Assembly (NCBI GenBank): GCA_963776345.1
Contig: CAVZMH010000022.1
Span: 128,001-192,000 of the forward strand
Reading direction: 5' to 3'
Source of the DNA: an uncultured delta proteobacterium
Lineage (GTDB): Bacteria; Myxococcota; Myxococcia; Myxococcales; Myxococcaceae
Length of the DNA: 64,000 nucleotides
The translations under genes and the position numbers were made by a program. Under the pieces are notes generated by a model, which worked only from the letters and a program-made list of their open reading frames with translations, ran no database searches and was not told the origin of the DNA. Shown here piece after piece: positions 9,247-22,065 of this stretch (within the stretch, counting starts at the first letter, position 1; each line of letters begins with the position of its first letter).

Positions 9247-10809
9247 CTAGTCGAGATAGCGGTACGCCGGCAGGGTGAGGAACTCGGGGAAGGTCTTGGT
9301 CAGCACCAGGCTGTCGAGGATCTCCGCCGCCTCGCGGTAGCGGCCGGGCCCGGACTCGGTCAGCCGCGCCAGCTGCGCGTCACGGGTGGTCCGGTACATC
9401 GCCTCGCTCGCCGGGCGGCCGTCGTCGAGCTTCGCCCCGTGGTGGATCCACTGCCAGAGCTGGGCGCGGGAGATCTCCGCGGTCGCCGCGTCCTCCATCA
9501 GGTTGTAGATGGCAGCGGCGCCGTTCTCCAGGAGCCAGGAGTTGATGTACTGGAGCGCCACGTCGACGTTGAGGCGGAAGCCGGCCTCGGTGATCTTCCC
9601 GTCGGGCACGCGCGGGTCCACGAGCTGCGCCGCGGTGACCTGGACCTCGGAGCGGAGGCGCTCCTTCTGGTTGTCCTTGGGCCCCAGCTTCTGGTCGAAG
9701 ACCTCCTTCGCCGTGGGGACGAGGTCGGGATGCGCGACCCAGGTGCCGTCGAAGCCGTCGTTCACCTCGCGCAGCTTGTCCTCGCGCACCTTGGCCAGCG
9801 CCTTCTCGTTGATCTCGGGGTTCTTCCGGCTGGGGATGAACGGCGCCATGCCGCCCATCGCGTGCGCGCCGTGGGTGTGGCACGACTTGACCAGCAGCTC
9901 GGTGTAGGCGCGCATGAACGGCACGGTCATGCCCACCTGCACCCGGTCCGGGAGGACCAGGTCCTTCCGGTTCCGGAACTTCTTGATGAAGGAGAACATG
10001 TAGTCCCAGCGGCCGGCGTTGAGACCGCTGGCGTGCTCGCGAAGCTCGTAGAGCATCTCCTCCATCTCGAAGGCGGCGGGCAGGGTCTCGATCAGCATCG
10101 TGGCCCGGATGCTGCCCCGCGGGATCTTCAGCGCCTCCTGCGCGGCGACGAACACCTCGTTCCACAGCCGCGCCTCGAGGTGGCTCTCCATCTTCGGGAG
10201 GTAGAAGTACGGGCCGGTGCCGCGGTCGAGCAGCTCGCGGGCGTTGTGGAAGAAGTAGAGCCCGAAGTCGAAGAGGCTGGCGCTGATCGGCGTGCCGTCG
10301 ATGGTGACGTGCTTCTCCGGGAGGTGCCACCCGCGCGGACGCACCAGCAGCACTGCGGTCCGGTCGTTCAGCCGGTAGCTCTTGCCGCCCGACTCGAGCG
10401 AGATGGTGCGGCGGATGGATTCGATGCAGTTCTGCTGGCCGAGCGTCACGTTCCGCCACGAGGGCGAGAGCGAGTCCTCGAAGTCGGCCATGAACACGTC
10501 CGCCCCCGAGTTGAGGGCGTTGATCATCATCTTCCGCTCGGTGGGGCCGGTGATCTCCACGTGACGGCGCTGGAGGTCCTTGGGGGTCGGCGCCACCTTC
10601 CAGTCGCCGCCGCGGATGCTCTTGGTGGAGGGGAGGAAGTCCGGCATCTCGCCGCGGTCGAACGCCTTCTGGCGCTCGGCCCGGGCGGCGAGCAGCTCCT
10701 GACGCCGCGCCTCGAAGCGGCGGTGCAACGGCTCGAGGAAGGCCAGGGCGTCCCTCGAAAGCACCTTCTCGGCGCCTTCCGGAGCGGAGGTCAGGACGTT
10801 GAGGGCCAT
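9247..10809 (-). CDS. aceB: Malate synthase A
   Basis: [63 protein letters not shown]. Confidence 0.96.
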   Translation of the reverse strand: MALNVLTSAPEGAEKVLSRDALAFLEPLHRRFEARRQELLAARAERQKAFDRGEMPDFLPSTKSIRGGDWKVAPTPKDLQRRHVEITGPTERKMMINALNSGADVFMADFEDSLSPSWRNVTLGQQNCIESIRRTISLESGGKSYRLNDRTAVLLVRPRGWHLPEKHVTIDGTPISASLFDFGLYFFHNARELLDRGTGPYFYLPKMESHLEARLWNEVFVAAQEALKIPRGSIRATMLIETLPAAFEMEEMLYELREHASGLNAGRWDYMFSFIKKFRNRKDLVLPDRVQVGMTVPFMRAYTELLVKSCHTHGAHAMGGMAPFIPSRKNPEINEKALAKVREDKLREVNDGFDGTWVAHPDLVPTAKEVFDQKLGPKDNQKERLRSEVQVTAAQLVDPRVPDGKITEAGFRLNVDVALQYINSWLLENGAAAIYNLMEDAATAEISRAQLWQWIHHGAKLDDGRPASEAMYRTTRDAQLARLTESGPGRYREAAEILDSLVLTKTFPEFLTLPAYRYLD

Positions 10810-11047
10810 GGGGAACTCCTTGTCGGGGGATGATGCCTGCGACGAGCGGCTCAATCTCCGACCGTTGGGGCTGGAGAGCAACGGTGTTGTGCAGGGTTTC
10901 GGCGACAAGGGGCCGGAAAGAGGCTTCGCCGCCCGGCCGTCCAGCGGGGAGGCGCCTGCGAACCGACGGGGAGTGCGGATCCGGGCCTCGGCCCTGGCTC
11001 GGGACACTGGCTCAGGGACACCGGTGGCCTCGACGGACCGCTCGCGC

Positions 11048-12793
11048 TCAGCCGCCGACGGCCACGGCCCCCGGCGAGCGCACGGGTGGCTCCGGGGCAG
11101 CCTCTCCGGCCTCGTCCCGCTCCGGGCGGCGCAGGGGAGCGACCAGCGCGCCCAGCTCGACCGAGGCGCCCTCGGCGAACAGCGTGCGGTCTGCCTTGTG
11201 GAGCAATGCCTCGAGGCCCTGACCGGTGACGGCGCTGATCGCCACCCCTCCGCGGGTGCGGACCAGCGTCTGGAGGAGCCCGGGCTCGATCCGGTCCGCC
11301 TTGTTCCACACCAGGATGCGCGGCTTGGAGAGGAGATCCAGGGTCCCGAGGATCTGCTCCACCGCCTCGATCTGCGCGTCGTGGGCTGGATCCGAGGCGT
11401 CCACCACGTGCAGGAGGAGGGAGGCGTCGTCCAGCTCCTCGAGCGTCGCCCGGAAGGCGTTCACCAGATCCGGCGGCAGGTCGCGGATGAACCCCACCGT
11501 GTCGGTGATGATGACCTCGCGCTCCTCGGGGAAGCGCAGGCGCCGGCTGGTCGGATCGAGCGTGGCGAAGAGCTTGTTCTCCACCAGCACCTCGCTGTGG
11601 GTCAGCGCGTTGAGCAGGGTGGACTTGCCGGCGTTGGTGTAGCCGACGATGGAGATGACCGGCAGCTCGCGCCGCTCCCGGCGCCCGCGGCGGACCTGCC
11701 GCTCGCGCGAGAGGTGCTCGATGCGCCGCTCGAGGTGGGCGATCCGGTCGCGCACCCGCCGGCGATCGATCTCCAGCTTGGTCTCGCCGGGTCCGCGGCC
11801 GCCGATGCCGCCGGCAAGGCGCGACAGCGAGTCGTCGCTCTGGGCCAGCCGGGGCAGGAGGTACTTCAGCTGCGCGAGCTCGACCTGGACCTTGCCGTCC
11901 GCGCTCTGGGCGCGCTGGGCGAAGATGTCGAGGATGAGCTGGGTGCGGTCCAATACCTTCAGACTGGTCTCCTCGGCGATGTGCCGGCTCTGGGACGGGC
12001 TGAGGTTGCGGTCGAAGACCAGCATGTCCGCCCCGAGCTGCATCGAGCGGAGGTTGAGCTCCTCGAGCTTGCCGCGGCCGATGAGGTAGCGCGGGTCCGG
12101 CTCGCGGCGCATCTGCAGCACCGAGTCCAGCACCTCGACCCCGGCGGTCCGGGCCAGCTCACGCAGCTCGACGAGAGACGCCTCGGCGCGGCCGCGCTGC
12201 CCGTCGAGCGCCACGCCCACCAGCATCGCCCGCTCGCGCCCGGCCACTGTGCGGGCTGCCGTGCCCTGCGCCAGCTCGTCCTCGAGCGCGCTGAGCGTCG
12301 AGGCGAGGTCCGGCTGCGGTCCGTGCACCGAGGGAAGGGTCTCCAGCCGCCAGTAGCTTCCGTCCCCGTTCGCCGGGACGAGGTGGGCGAAGTGCAGGAC
12401 GCCGGGCAGCCCGTCCGGACGGACGCCGACGGCGGCCACCAGGTCCAGCCGGAGGAGCGCCAGGTCGGTGAGGTCGTCGCGGGTCAGGGGCTCGGACTTG
12501 AGGTGGGTGTGCACCAGCCGCAGGCCGCGGAGGCGCACCTGGCCGGCGCGGGCGCGGCCGATGTCCGGGAGCTCGAGCTGGTGGGCGTTCCCCACCACCA
12601 CCTGCTCCACCTCGCCCTTCCGGTTGAGCAGCACGCCGATCTGACGGTTCGTCTGCAGCGAGAGCTCGGTGAGGTGCCGGGCCAGCTCGGCGCTGACGAT
12701 CTCGTGCGGGGAGACCCGACGGCGGTAGGTGTTGCGGAGCTGCTGCAGCTCGCTGGGCTTGAGGCCGAGGGTGTTCCCGGACAGGTCTTTCAG
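11048..12793 (-). CDS. hflX: GTPase HflX, long N-terminal form; probable CTG start
   Basis: [55 protein letters not shown] 7 nt before the CTG at 12793. Confidence 0.93.
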   Translation of the reverse strand: MKDLSGNTLGLKPSELQQLRNTYRRRVSPHEIVSAELARHLTELSLQTNRQIGVLLNRKGEVEQVVVGNAHQLELPDIGRARAGQVRLRGLRLVHTHLKSEPLTRDDLTDLALLRLDLVAAVGVRPDGLPGVLHFAHLVPANGDGSYWRLETLPSVHGPQPDLASTLSALEDELAQGTAARTVAGRERAMLVGVALDGQRGRAEASLVELRELARTAGVEVLDSVLQMRREPDPRYLIGRGKLEELNLRSMQLGADMLVFDRNLSPSQSRHIAEETSLKVLDRTQLILDIFAQRAQSADGKVQVELAQLKYLLPRLAQSDDSLSRLAGGIGGRGPGETKLEIDRRRVRDRIAHLERRIEHLSRERQVRRGRRERRELPVISIVGYTNAGKSTLLNALTHSEVLVENKLFATLDPTSRRLRFPEEREVIITDTVGFIRDLPPDLVNAFRATLEELDDASLLLHVVDASDPAHDAQIEAVEQILGTLDLLSKPRILVWNKADRIEPGLLQTLVRTRGGVAISAVTGQGLEALLHKADRTLFAEGASVELGALVAPLRRPERDEAGEAAPEPPVRSPGAVAVGG

Positions 12794-12948
12794 GGTGCTC
12801 TCCTGGGGGCAGTCTCCTGCCCGTGTCGACGATCTAGCCATTTCCCCGCCCCTCCGCTCGTCCGAGGAGCCCGCCGGGGCAGCGAATGGACCACCGGCAT
12901 CCGTCAGCCGTCCTACCGCCCCCCACCGGTCGTGCTGCACTGTCCCGG

Positions 12949-13705
12949 GTGTTCTCCCCGAGAGCGGTCCTCGCCCTCCTCCTCCTCACCGGCTGCGCGG
13001 GCGGTCCCCCTCCGAACGTTCGCATCGAGACCGGCCCGGTTCCCGAAGGGGTCCGGCTCCATGCCCGGCCAGAGCCGGAGTTCCACCCGGCCGAGCCCGG
13101 ACTCCGGCGGCTCGGGCTGGGCTCCCCGCGAGACGCGCTCCTCTTCGTCCCGGAGGCCGCCCGAACCCGGCGCGTCCCCCTGCTGGTCATGTTCCACGGG
13201 GCCGGCGGCTCGGCAGCCCACATCTGGCCGACGGTCCGGAGCGACGCCGAGGAGCACGGGGTGGCGGTGCTCATGCCGGAGAGCCGGCAGTGGAGCTGGG
13301 ACTACAAGCTGGGCGACTTCGGCGACGACCGCCGGTTCATCGACGCCGGCACTCGCCGAGACCTTCCGCCGCGTCCCGGTGGACGCAGGCCACGTCGCGG
13401 TCGGCGGATTCTCGGCGGGAGCCACGATGGCGCTCTCGCTCGGACCGTCGAACGGCGACCTCTTCGGCTGGGTGTTCGCCTTCTCCCCGACGGGCATCGC
13501 GCTCACGGGCCGGGTGGGGCACCCCCGCTTCCTCGTCACCCACGGCACCCTGGACGAGCTGGTGCCCATCGCATCGTCCAGCCGGGCCATCGTCCCCGCG
13601 CTCCGGTCAGCCGGGTACTGGGTGGTCTTTCGCGAGCTCCCGGGCGAGCACGTGGTCTTCCCCGAAGCCGTCCACGAGGCGTTCTCGCTGCTGGTGTCCG
13701 ACTGA
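12949..13705 (+). CDS. Phospholipase/carboxylesterase lipoprotein (alpha/beta hydrolase), frameshifted near 13347
   Basis: Lipobox LTGC, VMFHGAGG; downstream frame GFSAG nucleophile motif, THGTLDELVP, GEH. Confidence 0.8.
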
Positions 13706-13746
13706 TCGCCGCCGGTCAATCCACGCCGCCTTCGCTCCAGGCCACG

Positions 13747-14040
13747 CTACTTCGTCTTCCTCATCACCCCCGCGAACCCGGGCATGAACAGCGAGCCGTC
13801 GTCGTTGATCCGGACGGCGATCCGGTCGCCCGCGCAGGTGAGGTGAAGCTGCTTCCCGTCCTCGGTGTAGGTGCACTCGCGGGTCTCGCCGCCGAGGCCC
13901 ATGGTCGCCTTGCCACCCGACTTGATCTCGAGCATCGCGATGCCGCTCGGGTTGGTGTACGTGCCGTTCAGCTTCGAGCCGCAGGCCGTGGCGAGCCCGC
14001 ACAGCGCGAGCACCCTCACGAGCCGTCGCACCTCAGGCAT
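13747..14040 (-). CDS. Hypothetical small beta-rich lipoprotein
   Basis: Lipobox ATAC, then LNGTYT...CTYTEDGKQLHLTC; GC3-rich codons. Confidence 0.65.
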   Translation of the reverse strand: MPEVRRLVRVLALCGLATACGSKLNGTYTNPSGIAMLEIKSGGKATMGLGGETRECTYTEDGKQLHLTCAGDRIAVRINDDGSLFMPGFAGVMRKTK

Positions 14041-14231
14041 TCCATGCATTCGGGCTTCCTCCGGATGTTCGCCCCCGCGCCCCGGGCGGTGGGTCCCGAC
14101 GCGCGATGCGCAGGAACCCACCGTGAACCGTCACCCGGTCGGGGGCGTCAGGGCGAGATGTCTGACCCGTGGCCCCGAGAAATGAAACCCGACGGGCACC
14201 TCGAGCGTAGAAGGAGGCAGGAGGCGGAGAG

Positions 14232-14639
14232 ATGGATCCGAAGCACTTCGAGGTCGAGCACAGCGATGACGAGTGGAAGCAGCGGCTCTCGCCGGCCGCC
14301 TACGCCGTCCTCCGCCAGCACGGCACCGAGCGCGCCTTCACCAGCCCGCTGAACGGCGAGAAGCGGGCGGGCACCTTCCTCTGCGCCGGCTGCGGGCAGG
14401 CCCTCTTCTCGGCGAAGGACAAGTTCGAGAGCGGCACCGGCTGGCCGAGCTTCACCGCGCCGCTCCCGGGCGCCGTGGAGAGCGAGACCGACGAGCGCCA
14501 CGGGATGGTCCGCACCGAGGTCCACTGCGCCCGGTGCGGCGGCCACCTGGGCCACGTCTTCGAGGACGGTCCCCGTCCCACCGGCGAGCGCTTCTGCATG
14601 AACGGCGTCGCGCTCCAGTTCCGGCCAGACCCGGGCTGA
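14232..14639 (+). CDS. msrB: Peptide-methionine (R)-S-oxide reductase
   Basis: GTERAF, CAGC, KFESGTGWPSF, RTEVHCARCGGHLGHVFEDGP, RFCMN. Confidence 0.97.
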   Translation: MDPKHFEVEHSDDEWKQRLSPAAYAVLRQHGTERAFTSPLNGEKRAGTFLCAGCGQALFSAKDKFESGTGWPSFTAPLPGAVESETDERHGMVRTEVHCARCGGHLGHVFEDGPRPTGERFCMNGVALQFRPDPG

Positions 14640-14672
14640 CGCCGGGCCCAACTCGGCTAGGGTCGGCCCGAG

Positions 14673-15217
14673 ATGGGCTCCGAGCTCCAGCAGTCGCTGG
14701 TCCGGGTCGCACCGTTCGCGGTGGGGGTCCTGATCCTCGGCCTCCTCGTCGCGGTGAGGCCCGACGCCCGCGAGCGCCTGGCCTGGAAGCCCGTTCCCGC
14801 TCGGGTGCTGGTCCGCTGGCTGCTCCTCTGGGTGGTCTGGGTCGCCGCGACCGAGCTCCTGGCCGGGGCGCTCGGCCGGCCGCCCCCGGCCCGCTTCACC
14901 GCCCACGGCGCCGCGCTCGCGGTTCGCATCGTGGGCATCGTCGGGCTCGCGCCTCTGCTCGAGGAGCTGGTGTTCCGCGGCATCCTCTTCCGGCTCCTCT
15001 TGCCGCGGGCCGGCCCTGGAGCGACGGTGGTCGGCACCGCGCTGCTCTTCGCGCTGGCTCGCACGGGCAGTACCGCGCGCTCGACCTGGTGCAGGTCCTG
15101 GCCGACGGGGTCGTGCTCGGCCTGGCCCGCCTCCGGACCGGCTCGACGCGCGTCCCGTTCTGGATGCACCTCCTCGGGAACGCGTTCGCGGTCTGGCAGC
15201 GTGTCCGGCCCTGGTGA
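14673..15217 (+). CDS. CPBP (CAAX/Abi) family intramembrane metalloprotease, frameshifted near 15058
   Basis: APLLEELVFRG; FAL-H split by the frameshift; downstream frame RTGS..MHLLGN. Confidence 0.8.
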
Positions 15218-15218
15218 G

Positions 15219-16403
15219 TCAGCGGCGCGGGGCTCCGAGGTTCGCCGCGCGCAGCCGCCGGGCCGCCTCGTCGAGCGTCGCGTCCGCCTTGCAGAAGGCG
15301 AACCGCGCCACGCAGGGCGCCCGTGAGCGGTCCAGGTAGAAGGCCGAGAGCGGGATGGCCGCCACGCCCACCCGGGTGGTGAGGTCCCGGCAGAACGCAT
15401 CGTCGTCGGCGAAGCCCCGGCCCGCCACGTCCACGCAGGCGAAGTACGCGCCCTCGGGCGACCAGGGCACCAGCCCCGTCGCGTCGAGCGTCTCGAGCAG
15501 CTTCCTCCGGCGCCGCGCGTATTCCGCCTGGAGCTGCTGGAAGTACGCGTCCGGGAGCCGCAGCGCCGCCGCCACCGCCAGCTGCAGCGGCGTGGGCACG
15601 GCGAAGGTGACGTACTGGTGCGCCCCCAGCACCGCGTCCCGCAGGCTCCGCGGCCCCATCGCCCAGCCCACCTTCCAGCCGGTGAACCCGAACGTCTTGG
15701 CCGCGCTGCTGATGGTGAGCGTGCGCTCCGCCATCCCGGGCAGGCCCGCGAGCGACCGGTGCTCGGCCCCGTCATAGGTGAGGTGCCCGTAGACTTCGTC
15801 CACCACCGTCACCGCATTCCAGCGCTGCGCGAGCGCCGCGATCTGCCGGAGCTCGCCCGCGGTGAAGACCTTCCCGGTGGGGTTGTGCGGGGTGTTGAGG
15901 AGCACCACCCGGGTCCGCGGGCCGAAGGCCGCCTCCAGCGCGCCCTCCTCGAACCACCAGCGCAGGTGCGCGGCGTCGGGCGGCCGCAGCGTCACCGGGC
16001 GGACCACGCCGCCGGCCATCGCGACGCTGGCCGCGTACGAGTCGTACACCGGCTCGAAGGCCACCACCTCGTCGCCGGGGTCCACCAGCCCCTGGACCGC
16101 GTCGAAGATGGCCTCGGTCGCGCCACAGGTGACCACCACCTCGGTGTCGGGATCGACGGTCAGGCCGAGGAAGCGCCGGGCGTGCTCCGAGATGGCCTGG
16201 CGGAGCGCCACCGCCCCGAGCCCGGGCGCGTACTGGTTCTCGCCTCGCCGGAGCGCCGCCACCGCCGCCTCGCGGACCACCTCCGGCCCGTCGAAGTCGG
16301 GGAAGCCCTGGCCGAGGTTCACCGCGCCCGAGCGGACGGCCAGCGCGCTGAATTCGGAGAAGACCGTGGGCTGGAGCGCCCGCACCCGTCCGGAGGCCTG
16401 CAC
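15219..16403 (-). CDS. PLP-dependent class I/II aminotransferase (YbdL/DapC-like)
   Basis: AVNLGQGFPDF, NQYAP, NTPHNPTG, DEVY, SSAAKTF; start uncertain (GTG 16403). Confidence 0.9.
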   Translation of the reverse strand: MQASGRVRALQPTVFSEFSALAVRSGAVNLGQGFPDFDGPEVVREAAVAALRRGENQYAPGLGAVALRQAISEHARRFLGLTVDPDTEVVVTCGATEAIFDAVQGLVDPGDEVVAFEPVYDSYAASVAMAGGVVRPVTLRPPDAAHLRWWFEEGALEAAFGPRTRVVLLNTPHNPTGKVFTAGELRQIAALAQRWNAVTVVDEVYGHLTYDGAEHRSLAGLPGMAERTLTISSAAKTFGFTGWKVGWAMGPRSLRDAVLGAHQYVTFAVPTPLQLAVAAALRLPDAYFQQLQAEYARRRRKLLETLDATGLVPWSPEGAYFACVDVAGRGFADDDAFCRDLTTRVGVAAIPLSAFYLDRSRAPCVARFAFCKADATLDEAARRLRAANLGAPRR

Positions 16404-16479
16404 GGCATCCGACGCTACCACCCGTTGCTCAGCCTTGACGGGCCAGGGTCCTTCGTCCACAAGCTTCCGCCCCCCCGCC

Positions 16480-17481
16480 ATGGACCGTACCGAACGCCTG
16501 CTCGATCTCGTGGCGCTGCTGCTCGATGCCCACGAGCCGGTGTCCTGGGCCGAGCTCAAGGAGAGCTTCCCCGAGGACTACGGGAGCGGCAGCGACGAGG
16601 CCACCGAGCGGAAGTTCGAGCGCGACAAGGCCGAGCTCCTCGAGCTGGGCATCCCGCTCACCTACGTGCAGGGCGACGAGGACCGCAAGGACGGCTACCT
16701 CCTAGACCGGAGCGCCTACTACCTGCCCGAGCCGGGCTTCACCCCCGAGGAGATGGCGGTGCTCTACGCCGCCGGCTCGGCCGTGCTCGCCTCGGGCGCC
16801 TTCCCCGGACGGCACGACCTCCAGCACGCGCTGCGGAAGATCGGCTTCTTCGCCGGCGGCGAGCTCGCCACGCCGCGGGTGCGGATGGAGCTCGGCGCTG
16901 TCCGCGAGACCGCCGCGGTCCCCGAGCACCTCGAGACCTTGTGGGCCGCGGCCAGCGCGCGCAAGTGGGTGGAGCTCGCCTACCTCTCGCCGAGGCGGCC
17001 CGAGCCGTCGAGCAGGAAGGTCGACCCCTACGGCCTGGTCCTCCGGCGCGGCGTCTGGTCGCTGGTGGGCTTCTGCCACCTTCGCCAGGGGCTCCGGACC
17101 TTCCACGTCCATCGCATCCGGGCGCTGAAGATGAACACCGGCAAGCCGCGCACTCACGACTTCGAGGTGCCAGCGGACTTCGTCATCGACGCCCACGTGC
17201 CCCACGCCCCGTGGCAGTGGCGCATCGAGTCCCCGGTGGAGGTGCGGCTCGAGCTCCAGGGCCCGCTCGCCGCGCAGGCCGGGGCCCACTTCCCGGATGC
17301 GAAGGTGGAGCGCACCAGCAACCGCACCGAGGTGGTGCTCACCGTCACCCTGCTGGACGCGCTGCTGACGCACGTCCTCGCGCTGTGGCCGCAGGCGCGG
17401 GTGGTCTCGCCCGAGCCCGCGCGGGCGCGGTTCCGGGAGCTGGCCCGGGCGGTGGCCGCACGGCACGGAGGCAAGGCGTGA
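16480..17481 (+). CDS. WYL-domain transcriptional regulator, PafB-like
   Basis: TERLLDLVALLL, RKFERDKAELLELGIPL (PafB-type wHTH), WYL domain RKVDPYGL...WSLVG...RTFHVHRI. Confidence 0.88.
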   Translation: MDRTERLLDLVALLLDAHEPVSWAELKESFPEDYGSGSDEATERKFERDKAELLELGIPLTYVQGDEDRKDGYLLDRSAYYLPEPGFTPEEMAVLYAAGSAVLASGAFPGRHDLQHALRKIGFFAGGELATPRVRMELGAVRETAAVPEHLETLWAAASARKWVELAYLSPRRPEPSSRKVDPYGLVLRRGVWSLVGFCHLRQGLRTFHVHRIRALKMNTGKPRTHDFEVPADFVIDAHVPHAPWQWRIESPVEVRLELQGPLAAQAGAHFPDAKVERTSNRTEVVLTVTLLDALLTHVLALWPQARVVSPEPARARFRELARAVAARHGGKA

Positions 17482-18404
17482 GCGACGTCCACGAGCGGCT
17501 GCGCCGGCTCCTCTTCGTCGTGCCCTACGTCGCCCGGCACCGCGGGGTGACGGTGGACGCGCTGGCGAAGCAGCTGGGCGTGAGCCGAGAGGAGCTCCTC
17601 CGGGACCTCGAGCTGCTCACCATGGTGGGCCGCCCGCCGTTCCAGCCCGACGACTTCATCGACCTCCACGTGGAGAACGACCGCGTGTGGGTCGACCTGG
17701 ACCAGCGGTTCAGCAAGCCGCCCCGGCTGACCGGCCCCGAGGCCGCGGCGCTCGCCGCCGCGGCCGAGCTGCTCCGACCCGCCGCCCAGAGCGCGCTGGC
17801 CTCGGCGCTCGGGAAGCTGGAGAAGGTGCTCCCGGCGCAGGCCAAGCGGCTCTACCGGGAGCTGGGGAGCGCGGTGAACGCCCGCTCCCTGGCCTCGGCG
17901 GAGCTGGGCGTCCTCACCCGCGCGGTGGAGGAGCGCCGGGAGCTCGAGTTCGACTACGCCGCCCGCGGCAGCACCGCCGCCGAGCGCCGCCGGGTCGAGC
18001 CGGTGGAGGTCTTCAACCACCGCGGGCAGTGGTACCTGTACGGCTGGGACCTGGGCCGGGGCCAGGAGCGGCTCTTCCGGCTGGACCGCATGACGGACAT
18101 TCACCGGATGGACCGGACCTTCTCTCCCCGGTCGATGCCCCCGGCGCGCGTGCCGGACCCGGCCGAGCGCGGCGAGGTGCGCGTCCGCTTCACCGCCGCC
18201 GCCGCCCCGTATCTGCGCGAACGGTTCGGGGGCGAGGCCCGCGAGCTCACCGACGGCGGGGTCGAGGTGAAGGTCGCCGGTGAGGAGCGGTGGCTCGTGC
18301 AGTGGATCCTCTCCTTCGGCGGAGAGGCCGAGGTCGTCGAGCCGGCCTGGGCGCGCGAGGCGGTGTCCCGCGCCGCGCTCCGGGCGCTCGAGGAAACCCG
18401 CTAG
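17478..18404 (+). CDS. WYL-domain transcriptional regulator, PafC-like
   Basis: RLRRLLFVVPYV, GRPPFQPDDFIDL, RRVEP...WYLYG...RLFRLDRM, WCX tail WILSFGGEAEVVEP; GTGA overlap with the upstream gene. Confidence 0.88.
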   Translation: MSDVHERLRRLLFVVPYVARHRGVTVDALAKQLGVSREELLRDLELLTMVGRPPFQPDDFIDLHVENDRVWVDLDQRFSKPPRLTGPEAAALAAAAELLRPAAQSALASALGKLEKVLPAQAKRLYRELGSAVNARSLASAELGVLTRAVEERRELEFDYAARGSTAAERRRVEPVEVFNHRGQWYLYGWDLGRGQERLFRLDRMTDIHRMDRTFSPRSMPPARVPDPAERGEVRVRFTAAAAPYLRERFGGEARELTDGGVEVKVAGEERWLVQWILSFGGEAEVVEPAWAREAVSRAALRALEETR

Positions 18405-18453
18405 GCCAGGCGCTCGCCGGGCTCTTTCGAGCACCGGGTCCGACGCCGGGACC

Positions 18454-18849
18454 TCACGGGGCCGACGGCGGACACCGGAAGGCGACGCCGGTGAGGGTCG
18501 CCGAGAAGGGCCTTCCGTCCCGCTCCTTCACCGACACCGGCGAGAGGAAGATGTGCGTCGCGCCGACGGCCGCGGCTCTCGCCATGGCATCACCCGTTGC
18601 CCAGGAGACCAGCTCATCCCCCGTCGACCCGGTGGCCCGGGCCTCGCTCTGGCCGATGACGGTGCCCAGGTTCTGGCACGGCGAAGGCAGCACTCCGTTC
18701 ACCGGAATGACTCTCTGCGCCCCGGGCGTGGGCGAGGCGGTGGCGCAGCCGGTGACGCCCCAGCCAACGACCAGGAGAAGCGCGCCGAGCCGCCAGGAGA
18801 TCCAGCCTTCGTCCCGTGACCGTGCTTCACGCATGCTCGTCTCGCTCAT
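18454..18849 (-). CDS. Hypothetical lipoprotein (DUF4156-like)
   Basis: Lipobox VTGC, CQNLGTV, ARAAAVGATHI, terminal AFRCP; ATGA overlap with the upstream gene. Confidence 0.6.
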   Translation of the reverse strand: MSETSMREARSRDEGWISWRLGALLLVVGWGVTGCATASPTPGAQRVIPVNGVLPSPCQNLGTVIGQSEARATGSTGDELVSWATGDAMARAAAVGATHIFLSPVSVKERDGRPFSATLTGVAFRCPPSAP

Positions 18850-19130
18850 CCGCGGGGCGGGAGCGCGTCCCCCTCGAACTCCACCTCGTCCACGTAGCAC
18901 CAGCCCCAGTCCTCGCCCGGCTCCATCGACTGGACGATGGGGTGCTGGGTGGCGTGGAAGTGCTTCGTGGCGTGCCGGTTGGGGCTCGAGTCACAGCAGC
19001 CCACGTGGCCGCACGACAGGCACAGCCGGAGGTGCACCCAGCGCCCGCCCATCTTCAGGCAGTCCTCGCAGCCCTTGGTGGTGTGCGGGTGGACCGGCTT
19101 GAGGGACTCGACGTGCGGGCACTCGGCCAT
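18846..19130 (-). CDS. UBP-type zinc finger protein
   Basis: [41 protein letters not shown]. Confidence 0.92.
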   Translation of the reverse strand: MAECPHVESLKPVHPHTTKGCEDCLKMGGRWVHLRLCLSCGHVGCCDSSPNRHATKHFHATQHPIVQSMEPGEDWGWCYVDEVEFEGDALPPRG

Positions 19131-19314
19131 GGCGGCCGAGGAGACTGCTCCGGCCCGCGAGGGCCGGTCAATCCGCACCCCGGTAGAGACTGGCCGTCCG
19201 CGCAAGGTGTGCGGCGCTCGGAGCCCGGGGCGGTCGTGCGCGCGCCGCATGGACTCCATCGGCGGCGCGGTCGTTGCGCCGTTCGCCTCGGTGTTGCATA
19301 CGCTGGGAACCGCC

Positions 19315-22053
<2,739 letters not shown>

Positions 22054-22065
22054 AAAACCCCGGGC

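Noticed and set aside
16480..18404. WYL pair as marker of a defence island (BrxR/CapW type)
   Set aside because: No defence or mobile genes nearby, and the signatures match PafB/PafC
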